Source of the DNA: an uncultured Candidatus Saccharibacteria bacterium
GTDB lineage: Bacteria > Patescibacteriota > Minisyncoccia > UBA6257 > UBA9933
Direction of reading: 5' to 3'
Length of the DNA: 61,951 nucleotides
Assembly (NCBI GenBank): GCA_964453135.1
Contig: CAYVOL010000004.1
Span: forward strand, 1-61,951
In this document: one piece after another, positions 8,253 through 17,000 of the stretch
How the letters are laid out: the number at the start of each line of letters is the position of its first letter
How positions within the stretch are numbered: the stretch's first letter is position 1
Program-made: the position numbers and the translations under genes
The notes under the pieces: generated by a model
Told to the model about the DNA's origin: nothing
What the model saw: the letters and a program-made list of their open reading frames with translations, nothing else
Databases searched by the model: none

Positions 8253-9281
8253 ATGTTGAATAAGTTAGGGGAAGTAAAAAACAGATTTGAAAAAGATATT
8301 GTCGGTTTATCGTCATTGGAAGAAGCGGAAAAACTGCGGATAAAATATCTGGGACGCAAAGGCGAGTTGACGGAAATTTTAAGAGTCTTGAAAGAACTGC
8401 CGCTGGAGCAGAGAAAAAAAATCGGCTCGCAAGCCAATGTTTTGCGCCAGGAGATGGAGAGATTTCTATCAAAAATATCCGCTGAGTTGAAAGATAAAAA
8501 TTATTTGGCGAGCGATTTAGACATCACCAAGCCGGGACACAAAATAAAATCCGGCCATCTGCATGTTTTAACCAAAGTAGAAAATGAAATTAAAGAAATT
8601 TTCCAATCGCTAAATTTTTCTGTGGCTGAGGGACCGGAAATCGAGGACGAATATCATAATTTTGACGCTTTAAACATTCCGGCCAATCATCCGGCGCGGG
8701 AAATGTGGGATACTTTCTGGATAAAAAAAGACCCAAACCACAAGCCAAAAGCTGAAAGCCGGAAGCTATTACTTAGAACTCATACCAGTCCGGTGCAGAT
8801 AAGGTATATGGAAAAGAACAATCCGCCGTTTCAGATTATCGCGCCGGGAAAAGTTTTTCGCTATGAAGCCACTGACGCCAGCCACGAAATAAATTTTTCC
8901 CAGCTGGAAGGATTGATGGTGGGAAAAGATATTTGCCTGGCGAATTTCAAATTTGTCGTGGAAGAATTTTTCAAAAAATTTTTTCGCCATCAGGATGTAG
9001 AATTCCGTTTCCGTCCCAGTTATTTTCCCTTTGTGGAACCGGGAGTGGAAGTGGATATCAAATTAACTCAAAACTCAAAACTCAAAACTCAAAATTGGCT
9101 GGAAGTGGCCGGCGCGGGGATGGTGCACAGAAAAGTTTTTGAAGCCGCTGGTTACAATCCTGACGAATGGCAGGGATTTGCTTTCGGTTTCGGCATTAAC
9201 CGCCTGGCGATGATAAAATACAAAATACCCGACATCCGCTTGTTTTATAAAGGCGATTTGAGGTTTATCAGGCAGTTTTGA
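8253..9281 (+). CDS. pheS: Phenylalanine-tRNA ligase alpha subunit (start ATG 8253)
   Basis: HPAREMWDTF, LLRTHTSPVQIR, FSQLEGL, FRPSYFPFVEPG, GFAFGFG..R.AM. Confidence 0.95.
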   Translation: MLNKLGEVKNRFEKDIVGLSSLEEAEKLRIKYLGRKGELTEILRVLKELPLEQRKKIGSQANVLRQEMERFLSKISAELKDKNYLASDLDITKPGHKIKSGHLHVLTKVENEIKEIFQSLNFSVAEGPEIEDEYHNFDALNIPANHPAREMWDTFWIKKDPNHKPKAESRKLLLRTHTSPVQIRYMEKNNPPFQIIAPGKVFRYEATDASHEINFSQLEGLMVGKDICLANFKFVVEEFFKKFFRHQDVEFRFRPSYFPFVEPGVEVDIKLTQNSKLKTQNWLEVAGAGMVHRKVFEAAGYNPDEWQGFAFGFGINRLAMIKYKIPDIRLFYKGDLRFIRQF

Positions 9282-9292
9282 ATTTTTACATT

Positions 9293-11359
9293 ATGAAATT
9301 TAGTTTTACTTTATTAAAACAATTAGTGCCGGCGATGAAAGATAAAAACGAAGTTATTGAAAAACTTACGATGTATTCTTTCGAAGCCGAAGAAGGAGGG
9401 AAAAACGCGCTGGAAGTTAAATTGCCGCCTAACAGATATTCTGATGCCGGGGGTCATTGGGGATTGGCGCGGGAAATCGCCGCTGTTTTTGGCGCCAAGT
9501 TTAAAGGAAAAAATTTTCACTTGAAAAGCAAACAAGGCAAGGCAAATGCTGATTTTCAAATTAAGATAAGCGATAAAAATCTTTGCCCGCGCTACACGGG
9601 TCGGTATTTTGAAAACATAGAAATTCAGCCGTCGCCTAAATGGATGCGGGATATTTTAACTAACTGCGGTCTGCAGCCGATTAACAACGTGGTGGATATT
9701 ATGAATTACGCAATGCTGGAAACCGGTCAGCCGCTCCACGCTTTTGATTATGATAAAATCGGCGCTGTGAAAAACATTATCGTGCGGCGCGCCAAAAAAG
9801 GAGAGCAAATTGAAACTTTGGATAATAAAAAATACACGCTTGACGAAAATGTTTTAGTAATCGCTAACGACAAAAATCCGCTGGCCATCGCCGGAATTAA
9901 AGGAGGAAAAACAGCGGAAGTGGATAAAAACACCAAACGGATAATCGTGGAGGCTGCTAATTTTGACGCCACCAACATTTATCAGTCTTCCCGCAAGTTA
10001 AATTTAATAACCGACGCTTCTCTCCGTTTTTCCCATAATCTCAGCGCGGAGCTGACCATGCTGGCTATGGAGAGAGCCGGCGAACTTTTGAAAGAAATCG
10101 CCCAAGCCAAAAGCGGCGTTTTGCAGGATGTTTATCCCAAAAAACAGCCCAAAAAAATCATCCGTTTTGATATTGACGAGTTTAATAAATTTATCGGCGC
10201 TCCGCTTGACTTAAAAACAGCCAAAAATTATTTAACCTCTCTCGGTTTTGCTATAAAAAAATCAGACAATTATTCTTTGACTTTAGAAATTCCGTCAGAA
10301 AGATTGGACATTGAAAACACGCATGATTTATTTGAAGAAGTCGTTCGTCTTTACGGATACAACAATTTAAAATCGCGGGCGCCTCGCATTCATCTTCATC
10401 CTTCCGGCTCCGAAGATTTGATTGTTTTGAAAGATAAAATCAGAAACATATTAACCGGCTGGGGGATAAGCGAAACTCAAAACTACTCTTTTATTTCTCA
10501 GGCAGACGCTGTCCGTTATTTCAGCCATCTTCGCGGCGAAGCGGAGCATAAAGAAAACAAAAATAAGCCGCAATATCATCCCCATTTGGCGGAATTGGAA
10601 AATCCTTTAAGCGCGGAATTTCAGTATCTTCGTCCCTGCCTTGCCGTTAATTTAATCAAAAATATAATTCTCAACAGCCGCTCGGAAGAAGAAATTTCTC
10701 TTTTTGAAACAGGAGAAGTATTTTTTCAGTTAAAGCAGTTTGACGCGCCGAGCGAAATTTCGTCTTTGGGAATAATTCTGGCTTCCAAAAACATGGAAAC
10801 TTTTTTCCAGCTGAAAGGAGTTGCCGCGGAATTATTGAAAAAGATCGGCGTTGTTGATTATCTTTTGGCGCCGGCCGATGGAGACAACTGGATTAAAGAA
10901 ATAACCGGCGGATATTTAGAGGAGAAAAACTCATTGAAAATTGAAGTGGGCAATCAATCGGTAATCGGCTATTTGGGGAAATTAAAAAATCATTCTGATT
11001 TGAAAAATTGGCATATTAGCGTTTTGGAGATAGACATCAAAAGACTGATGGATTATGTTTTGGGCGAACATGAATATCGCCCCTTGCCTAAATATCCTTC
11101 AGTAATGAGGGATATTTCCGTTGTCGCCGATTATTCCGTGAGAGCGGGGGATATTACGGCTTCCATCCAAGAAGAAAATTTGAGATATATTGAGGATGTT
11201 GATTTGATAGACGAATACCAGAAAAACAGCCAAAGAAGCTTGACCTTCCGCATTGTGTTCCAAGCCGAAGACCGCACCTTGACGGATAAAGAAGTTAATG
11301 GTTATATGGAAAAAATCCAGGCAATGTTAATTAAAAATTTCAAGGTCGGCATAAGATAA
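9293..11359 (+). CDS. pheT: Phenylalanine-tRNA ligase beta subunit, short form lacking the B2 OB domain
   Basis: PNR.D..GHWGLAREIA, B3/4 (CPRY, NNVVDI.NY.MLE.GQPLHAFD), B5 and FDX-ACB (KYP.V.RDIS, SLTFRIVFQ..DRTL). Follows pheS. Confidence 0.93.
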   Translation: MKFSFTLLKQLVPAMKDKNEVIEKLTMYSFEAEEGGKNALEVKLPPNRYSDAGGHWGLAREIAAVFGAKFKGKNFHLKSKQGKANADFQIKISDKNLCPRYTGRYFENIEIQPSPKWMRDILTNCGLQPINNVVDIMNYAMLETGQPLHAFDYDKIGAVKNIIVRRAKKGEQIETLDNKKYTLDENVLVIANDKNPLAIAGIKGGKTAEVDKNTKRIIVEAANFDATNIYQSSRKLNLITDASLRFSHNLSAELTMLAMERAGELLKEIAQAKSGVLQDVYPKKQPKKIIRFDIDEFNKFIGAPLDLKTAKNYLTSLGFAIKKSDNYSLTLEIPSERLDIENTHDLFEEVVRLYGYNNLKSRAPRIHLHPSGSEDLIVLKDKIRNILTGWGISETQNYSFISQADAVRYFSHLRGEAEHKENKNKPQYHPHLAELENPLSAEFQYLRPCLAVNLIKNIILNSRSEEEISLFETGEVFFQLKQFDAPSEISSLGIILASKNMETFFQLKGVAAELLKKIGVVDYLLAPADGDNWIKEITGGYLEEKNSLKIEVGNQSVIGYLGKLKNHSDLKNWHISVLEIDIKRLMDYVLGEHEYRPLPKYPSVMRDISVVADYSVRAGDITASIQEENLRYIEDVDLIDEYQKNSQRSLTFRIVFQAEDRTLTDKEVNGYMEKIQAMLIKNFKVGIR

Positions 11360-11378
11360 AACATAATCTTAATTTTTT

Positions 11379-11744
11379 ATGGACGAAAAAAATATAATAG
11401 AAGTTTCTCCTCCGCAGAATAAAGAAAAATTGGCGGAAAGTTTCGAGGAAATAGGCAAAAGGCTGGCGGAAACAAAAGAAAAACTTTCTCATTTGAAATC
11501 GCTTTTAATGGAAGTTTTGGAAGTCAATATTTTCAGCCGGGCGGAAAAAGAAAAAGACGAAAAAAAATCTTTTGACGACAGCATCATCGTAGAGCTGGAA
11601 AAAGATATTTTTGAAACGGAAAAAGTTATTGCCCGCTTGGAGGATATGCGCGACCTGTTAAACCAGACCCATACTTCTCTCCTGTCTTTGGACGGAAGAA
11701 TGATAGAATTGCTTGACGCTTACAGGGTATTTAAGAAGCAATGA
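11379..11744 (+). CDS. Hypothetical coiled-coil protein
   Basis: 121-aa Glu/Lys-rich ORF translationally coupled to its neighbours. Confidence 0.7.
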   Translation: MDEKNIIEVSPPQNKEKLAESFEEIGKRLAETKEKLSHLKSLLMEVLEVNIFSRAEKEKDEKKSFDDSIIVELEKDIFETEKVIARLEDMRDLLNQTHTSLLSLDGRMIELLDAYRVFKKQ

Positions 11745-12199
11745 TTTTAACCGCGCATATTTTAGCCGGCGCCGCCGCTTCTTCCGCGACTGACAATTAT
11801 TGGTTAGCCGGAGCATTGGGATTTTTAAGCCATTTTGCGCTGGACTTTCTTCCGCACAACGGCGAATACAGCATTGACGGCTTAAAGCAAAGGAAATTCA
11901 ATCGCCGTTTTTTATCCGATGGTTTGAAAGTGGCTTTGGATCTGGTAATAGGATTTAGTCTGGTATTGTATTTTATTTTTTCCTCCCATAGGAAAAATAT
12001 AGTTTTAGTCGGAGCAATTTTTGGAATTCTGCCCGACCTTTTCAGTTTTCTGTATTATCTTTTTCCGCTTTATTATTCGCCGGTTGATTATCTGCACAAA
12101 AAAGTTCATTTTCTGGAGAACAAAAAAATTAACCCTTTTATTAAGATATTTTCCCAAGCAGCGGTTTCCGCGCTGGCTTTATGGATTTTGAAGCAGTAG
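11741..12199 (+). CDS. Membrane protein with His/Asp motifs (metal-dependent hydrolase-like)
   Basis: H.L.G, SHF.LD..PH, LPD and H...H motifs within hydrophobic helices. Confidence 0.6.
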   Translation: MILTAHILAGAAASSATDNYWLAGALGFLSHFALDFLPHNGEYSIDGLKQRKFNRRFLSDGLKVALDLVIGFSLVLYFIFSSHRKNIVLVGAIFGILPDLFSFLYYLFPLYYSPVDYLHKKVHFLENKKINPFIKIFSQAAVSALALWILKQ

Positions 12200-12233
12200 A
12201 TAAAGCGTCTCAAAACTAAAAGCTAATTTTTTG

Positions 12234-12305
12234 TGACGGCAGGTGGGATCGAACCACCGACCTAGGGTTTATGAGTCCCTCGCTCTACCACTGAGCTATG
12301 CCGTC
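12234..12305 (-). tRNA. tRNA with CAT anticodon, elongator Met or Ile2 (not resolved); CCA not encoded
   Basis: Reverse complement folds as GACGGCA/TGCCGTC acceptor, GCTC D-stem, CTCATAA loop and GGTGG-TTCGATC-CCACC T-arm. Confidence 0.92.
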
Positions 12306-12366
12306 CCAATTTAATTTTTGTTTAATTCTTGCGGGTTCTATCGGCGAGAGGAGTGGGTGAATAATG

Positions 12367-12438
12367 TTGCGGGGGTTGGATTTGAACCAACGACCTCGTG
12401 GTTATGAGCCACGCGAGCTACCGCTGCTCTACCCCGCG
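12367..12438 (-). tRNA. Initiator tRNA-fMet (CAT); CCA not encoded
   Basis: CGCGGGG/CCCCGCA acceptor with C1-A72 mismatch, A11-U24 D-stem and CTCATAA loop. Confidence 0.93.
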
Positions 12439-12550
12439 ATGCAATAATAGCATAACAATAAGATATTAACAAATAATTGATAATTTTACAATCGCGCATA
12501 TAGCGACTCTGCGCAAATCTGCCGCAAATTTACTATGCGCAGAGCGCAAT

Positions 12551-12585
12551 AAAAACGGGGCTGCTGTTTTGTTTGGGCAGCCCCG
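12551..12585 (-). terminator. Intrinsic terminator of the 12617-13048 gene
   Basis: 9-bp stem CGGGGCTGC/GCAGCCCCG followed by T5 on the minus strand. Confidence 0.7.
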
Positions 12586-12616
12586 GGGCTCATCACCTCC
12601 TTAGAAAAAGCGATTG

Positions 12617-13048
12617 TTAAAAAATTTGCCGTTTATATCTTCGTATCACAGCCATGGTTTGCTTCACTACGGCGTCCATGCCGGAGGAAGTTACCGCGAC
12701 ATCCAGCGATACTTTAGCGACATCTATGGGTTGCGCTCCTTCTTCCCCCTTAATTGCCAGAATAATAATCTGATGAGGAGAGGGGTTTTCAAAGAGCAGC
12801 ACTGCCCAATTGCCGTCAACAGCGATATACTCGTCATTCGCCCTTTCCAGAAGATTGAAGAAGAACGTATTGCCGAATTCCCGATAGGCCCGACTGGGAG
12901 GCGACCCATCTGGCGTCCCCATCATCGCCACTTCAATGGACCTGTTTTGTCCCTCCTGCTCTTCCGCCGTCGTTTCCGTGGCGAAGAAAACAAGAGCAAT
13001 CATCGCCAGCGCCATTGCCGTTCCCGTTTTCATCCATCCTGTCTTCAT
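12617..13048 (-). CDS. Hypothetical secreted protein
   Basis: AAGGAG lies 8 nt upstream of the ATG; N-terminal hydrophobic signal-like segment; own terminator. Confidence 0.7.
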   Translation of the reverse strand: MKTGWMKTGTAMALAMIALVFFATETTAEEQEGQNRSIEVAMMGTPDGSPPSRAYREFGNTFFFNLLERANDEYIAVDGNWAVLLFENPSPHQIIILAIKGEEGAQPIDVAKVSLDVAVTSSGMDAVVKQTMAVIRRYKRQIF

Positions 13049-13210
13049 TTCCGAATCTCCTTTCTGTTGGAATTGTTTCTTCTAATCGTCCCTTGTCGTT
13101 CTTTGTGTCCCGGCTTATCGCTCTAAGATATTATTGCGGCTTTCTTAACTACTGATATTATTTTACTGAAAATAATAAAAGAGGTCAATACTCAAGAAAA
13201 AATCTATTAC

Positions 13211-13370
13211 GTCATTTTTAATCCCCCGCCACGGCGGGGGCGGAGAAGAATCCACCATGTCATTCTGAATCCGCCAGCAGGCGGATGAAGAATCTTGCGA
13301 GATCCTTCGCTCCGCTCAAGATGACAATGCTGTGTCATTCTGAGCCCCGCCGTGGCGGGGTGAAGAATCT
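13211..13370. repeat. Cluster of four REP-like units
   Basis: GTCATT...GAAGAATC heads at 13211, 13259 and 13334; inverted GATCCTTCG...ATGAC tail at about 13301-13325. Confidence 0.9.
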
Positions 13371-13436
13371 TGCGAGCGTTTTTTTTAAAATAAATAATCC
13401 GTTGTTTTCTTTCAGTCATTTTGCGATAATTTTTAA

Positions 13437-13853
13437 ATGACTTGGGTTATTTTTGCTTTGCTCTCGGCTTTGTCCGCCGCCGGAGTGGCGATTTTCGGAA
13501 AAATCGGCGTGCAGGAAATTGATGCCACGCTCGCGACTGCTATTCGCGCGGTGGTGATGGCGGTATTTTTGATCGCCGTTTCTTTTGGCACGGGGAAATT
13601 TAATTTAATAGCGGCATTGGAAGCGCGCCCGCTTTTGTTCATTGGATTGTCGGGAATCGCCGGCGCGCTTTCCTGGCTTTTTTATTTTCTGGCGCTGAAG
13701 TTCGGTCCGGCTTCGGGAGTAGTTGCTTTGGACCGGTTGAGCGTGGTGTTCGTGGTTATCTTCGCGCTTATTTTTTTGGGAGAAAATTTCAGCTGGAAAG
13801 CCGTTCTCGGCGCCGCGCTTATAACGCTTGGTTCTGTCTTGATAGCGCTGTAG
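13437..13853 (+). CDS. EamA-family small membrane protein
   Basis: W..FALLSA..A....IFGKIG, LSW.FYF.ALK.G.AS.V...DRLSVV, and four to five TM helices. Confidence 0.85.
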   Translation: MTWVIFALLSALSAAGVAIFGKIGVQEIDATLATAIRAVVMAVFLIAVSFGTGKFNLIAALEARPLLFIGLSGIAGALSWLFYFLALKFGPASGVVALDRLSVVFVVIFALIFLGENFSWKAVLGAALITLGSVLIAL

Positions 13854-14036
13854 GACTCAACAGCGTTTTTAAAAAATTTAGAGAGAAGAATGCTCCAATC
13901 TTTATCCACCGCGCGGGCTTGACTTTTTACTCAAAATATCCTTTAATTGAAGAAAAGAAGGCGCAGTAAGGCCAAACGAGGCCTTTTGAAGGCCTTGAAG
14001 GCTTTTGGGATATTAATTCAATGCGCCTCAAAAAAT

Positions 14037-17000
14037 ATGACGGTAAAAAATATAAAGAACAGAATAATAAGTTCTTCATCCGTCGGCCTTACCCTCGCGC
14101 TTTTTCTGATTGTTCTTCTTCCTTTTGCTTTGTATTTTGTCCGGCCGCATTCTGCTTTTGCCAGTCCTCAAACATTATTTTTTGACAATTTTGACTCCGG
14201 CGATTTCACTAAATGGACCTATGTTGATAACCAAAATCACGCCGGTAATTGGGATATAACGAATGCTGACAGAAACGGCACGGGCAGTTCTCATAAAAAG
14301 GCGGTTATTAGCGGCGACACCGGTTTCAGCGATGATGTTTTGCGAGAAGCAACTTCTACTGCCGGATATCAAAACATTGCTTTAAGTTATTGGTATCACA
14401 TTGAAAAAAGTTTGGAAATCGATGACCATGTTTATGTTGAATGGTACGATGGCGCTAATTGGAATCAAATAGCCGATTATACTAGTTCCACTACCGGTAT
14501 TTGGACACAGACGTCCTCAACTCTTCCTTCCTCTGCCGCCAATAACAGCAATTTCCAGATAAGATTCAAGGCGAGTTTTGGCAAAAGTCCGAGCAGCGAT
14601 AAAGACGAATTTCAGCTTGACGACGTGTCGTTAACAGGAGAACGTTTGCCCACCCTTACTCTCGTCAAAACCGTTATTAATGACAACGGAGGAACAGCCA
14701 CCACCACTGATTTTCAAGGCAAGATAGACGGCGCTAACGTTCCTTGGGGAGTAGCACAGACATTAACGGCCGGTTCTCATACTGCTTCAGAGGTCGCTAA
14801 TGTCTCCGGCTATGCCGCTTCTTCTTGGGGTACGGATTGCGCCGCTAGCGGCAATATTACCTTGAATCCGGGCGACAATAAAACCTGCACTATAACCAAT
14901 AACGACCAGCCCGGAATTTTAATAGTTAAAAAAACGGTTATCAATGACAACGGCGGGACTAAAAATGCCGCGGATTTTAGTTTTCAAATAAATAATGGCA
15001 CCACTACGGCGTTTGAAGCAGGCGGACAAAATAATATCGCGGTCAATGCCGGCGCCTATTCTGTTTCCGAGCCAGCCACAGCCGGCTATGGCGCCAGCTA
15101 TGACAACTGTTCCAATGTTGTTATCGGCAATGGCGAAACAAAAACCTGTACTATCACAAATGACGACATTGCCCCTTCTCTGACTCTTCGCAAAACTGTT
15201 GTTAACGGAGACAGCGGAACAGCAACGGCTGATCAATGGACGCTCACCGCTGACGCAGGAAACGCGGGAAAATTAACAGGCGCCGGCCCCGCCGTCGCGA
15301 GCGGTCCAACTTTTAAAGCCGGAACGTATATTCTTTCCGAATCCGGCCCCGCGCATTATAGCCCTAGCGCCTGGACTTGCGAGGGCGGAGTTCAAAATGG
15401 CAGTCAGATTACCATCGGCGCAGGGGAGACCGCGACTTGCTCCATCACCAACACTTTTGTTCCTCCTGGAAAAATAGTTGTTGTCAAAGAAACTGTCGGC
15501 GATGACGGGGGGTTTGATTTTACCGGAGATTTGGGAGATTTCAGCTTAACCACTAACAAAGGCAATGCCAGCAAGGATTTTTCCGATTTAAATCCCGGCA
15601 CATATTCTGTGTCCGAAAAAGAAACGCCGGCCGGCTGGCAAAAAACGAGCGCTGTTTGCGACAACGGAAACGACCCATCGCATATCGCCATTGAATCAAG
15701 CAGCACCGTTGTCTGCACTTTCGTCAACACTAAAGAAGGAAGAATTATTGTCAAGAAAGTTGTCAGCCCTTCGGACGACCAGACATCTTTTAGTTTTGCG
15801 GCGAGTTATAATCAAAGCGGTTTTAATCTGTCCGGCGGCCAGCAAAACGATTCCGGATATTTATCGCCGGGAAGTTATAATGTTTCTGAAAATAGCCAGG
15901 AGGGCTGGATAGCGACTTCCACCTGCGATAACGGCAATAACGTTTCCAACATAAACCTTTCAGCCGGAGCGACTACAACATGCACTTTTGTAAACACTAA
16001 ACTTGGCAAAATCACCGGCTTCAAATTTGAAGATGTCAACGGCAACGGCGTTTTTGACAGCGGAGAGCCCGGATTGGCAAATGTCGCTTTGGCTTTAGGG
16101 AAAGAAACCGGACCGGCCGATGAGCGCGGCGTAATTCCCGTTGAGATTGTCGCTTTAAGCTTGACTGGCGCTGACGGCAATTTTGAAATTAACAATGTCG
16201 AGCCCGGAAATTATAAATTATTTGAAGAAAAGAAAGACGGTTGGAGCGTAATACTTCCAGCGGCAACCAGTTCTTCTTTTACTTTTACTTATTCCAGTAA
16301 TTTGAACGGACAGCAAAAACCGCTTGCAACAGACTCCTTTTTTGATGTTTTTGTTGCGCCCGGCCAGACGGCGTCAAGCGGAAAATCAGGCGGCTGTCAG
16401 GGCGAAACCTGCCCTCTGGTTCCTTTGCAATTCGGCAACTGGCAGGATCCTAAAATAATAGTTGCCAAGTGGAACGATCTCAATGTCAATCATCAGAAAG
16501 ACGAGGGAGAACAGCCGGTTTCCGGATTTGCCGTCGGGCTTGGCAAGGAGACGGAAGAATCCGCCGACGCTATAAAAACAGAAATGGTTCAGTTGCAGCT
16601 GACTGGCGGCGATGGCCTTGCCAATCTTCAAGCGCCCGGACCGGGTCATTATGTAATTTTTGAGGAGTCAAAAGACAATTGGCAAACAACCAGCCCGGCT
16701 CCCGTAAGTAAAACTTTGAGCATCTTTTACCCGACCAGCTGGACAGATATAAAGCCGCATTTCAACGTTGATTCATTTTTTGATGTCTTCGTGGAAATTG
16801 ACGGCGGCTCAATAACGCACAGCGGTTCCAATAAAAACGTCAACCAACCGACAACGACAACGACAACGGGGTTTGCGCCGCTTCAATTCGGAAATGTGCG
16901 CTATGAAAATATTTTGGGCGGGAAATTTGTTCCAATGAGCGGAGACAGCTCTTCCTCCACTATCGTCATGGCGCTGGGGCAGACCACTATCAACCTCGCT

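Noticed and set aside
12234-12438. tRNA genes (also 61878-61948) as prophage or island attachment sites
   Set aside because: No integrase and no duplicated tRNA 3' end is visible in the window; sequence beyond tRNA-Pro is not available.
12507-12544. CTCTGCGCA/TGCGCAGAG inverted repeat upstream of the tRNAs
   Set aside because: It is a single 9-bp stem with no second copy seen, next to a clear terminator; there is not enough evidence to assign a function.
13207-13419. Short ORFs over repeat clusters (also 17976-18191, 19825-20112, 19883-20107, 24284-24472, 29762-29962)
   Set aside because: They are translations of the palindromic repeats (CHSE.., LRMT, ILRP motifs) with no independent coding evidence.
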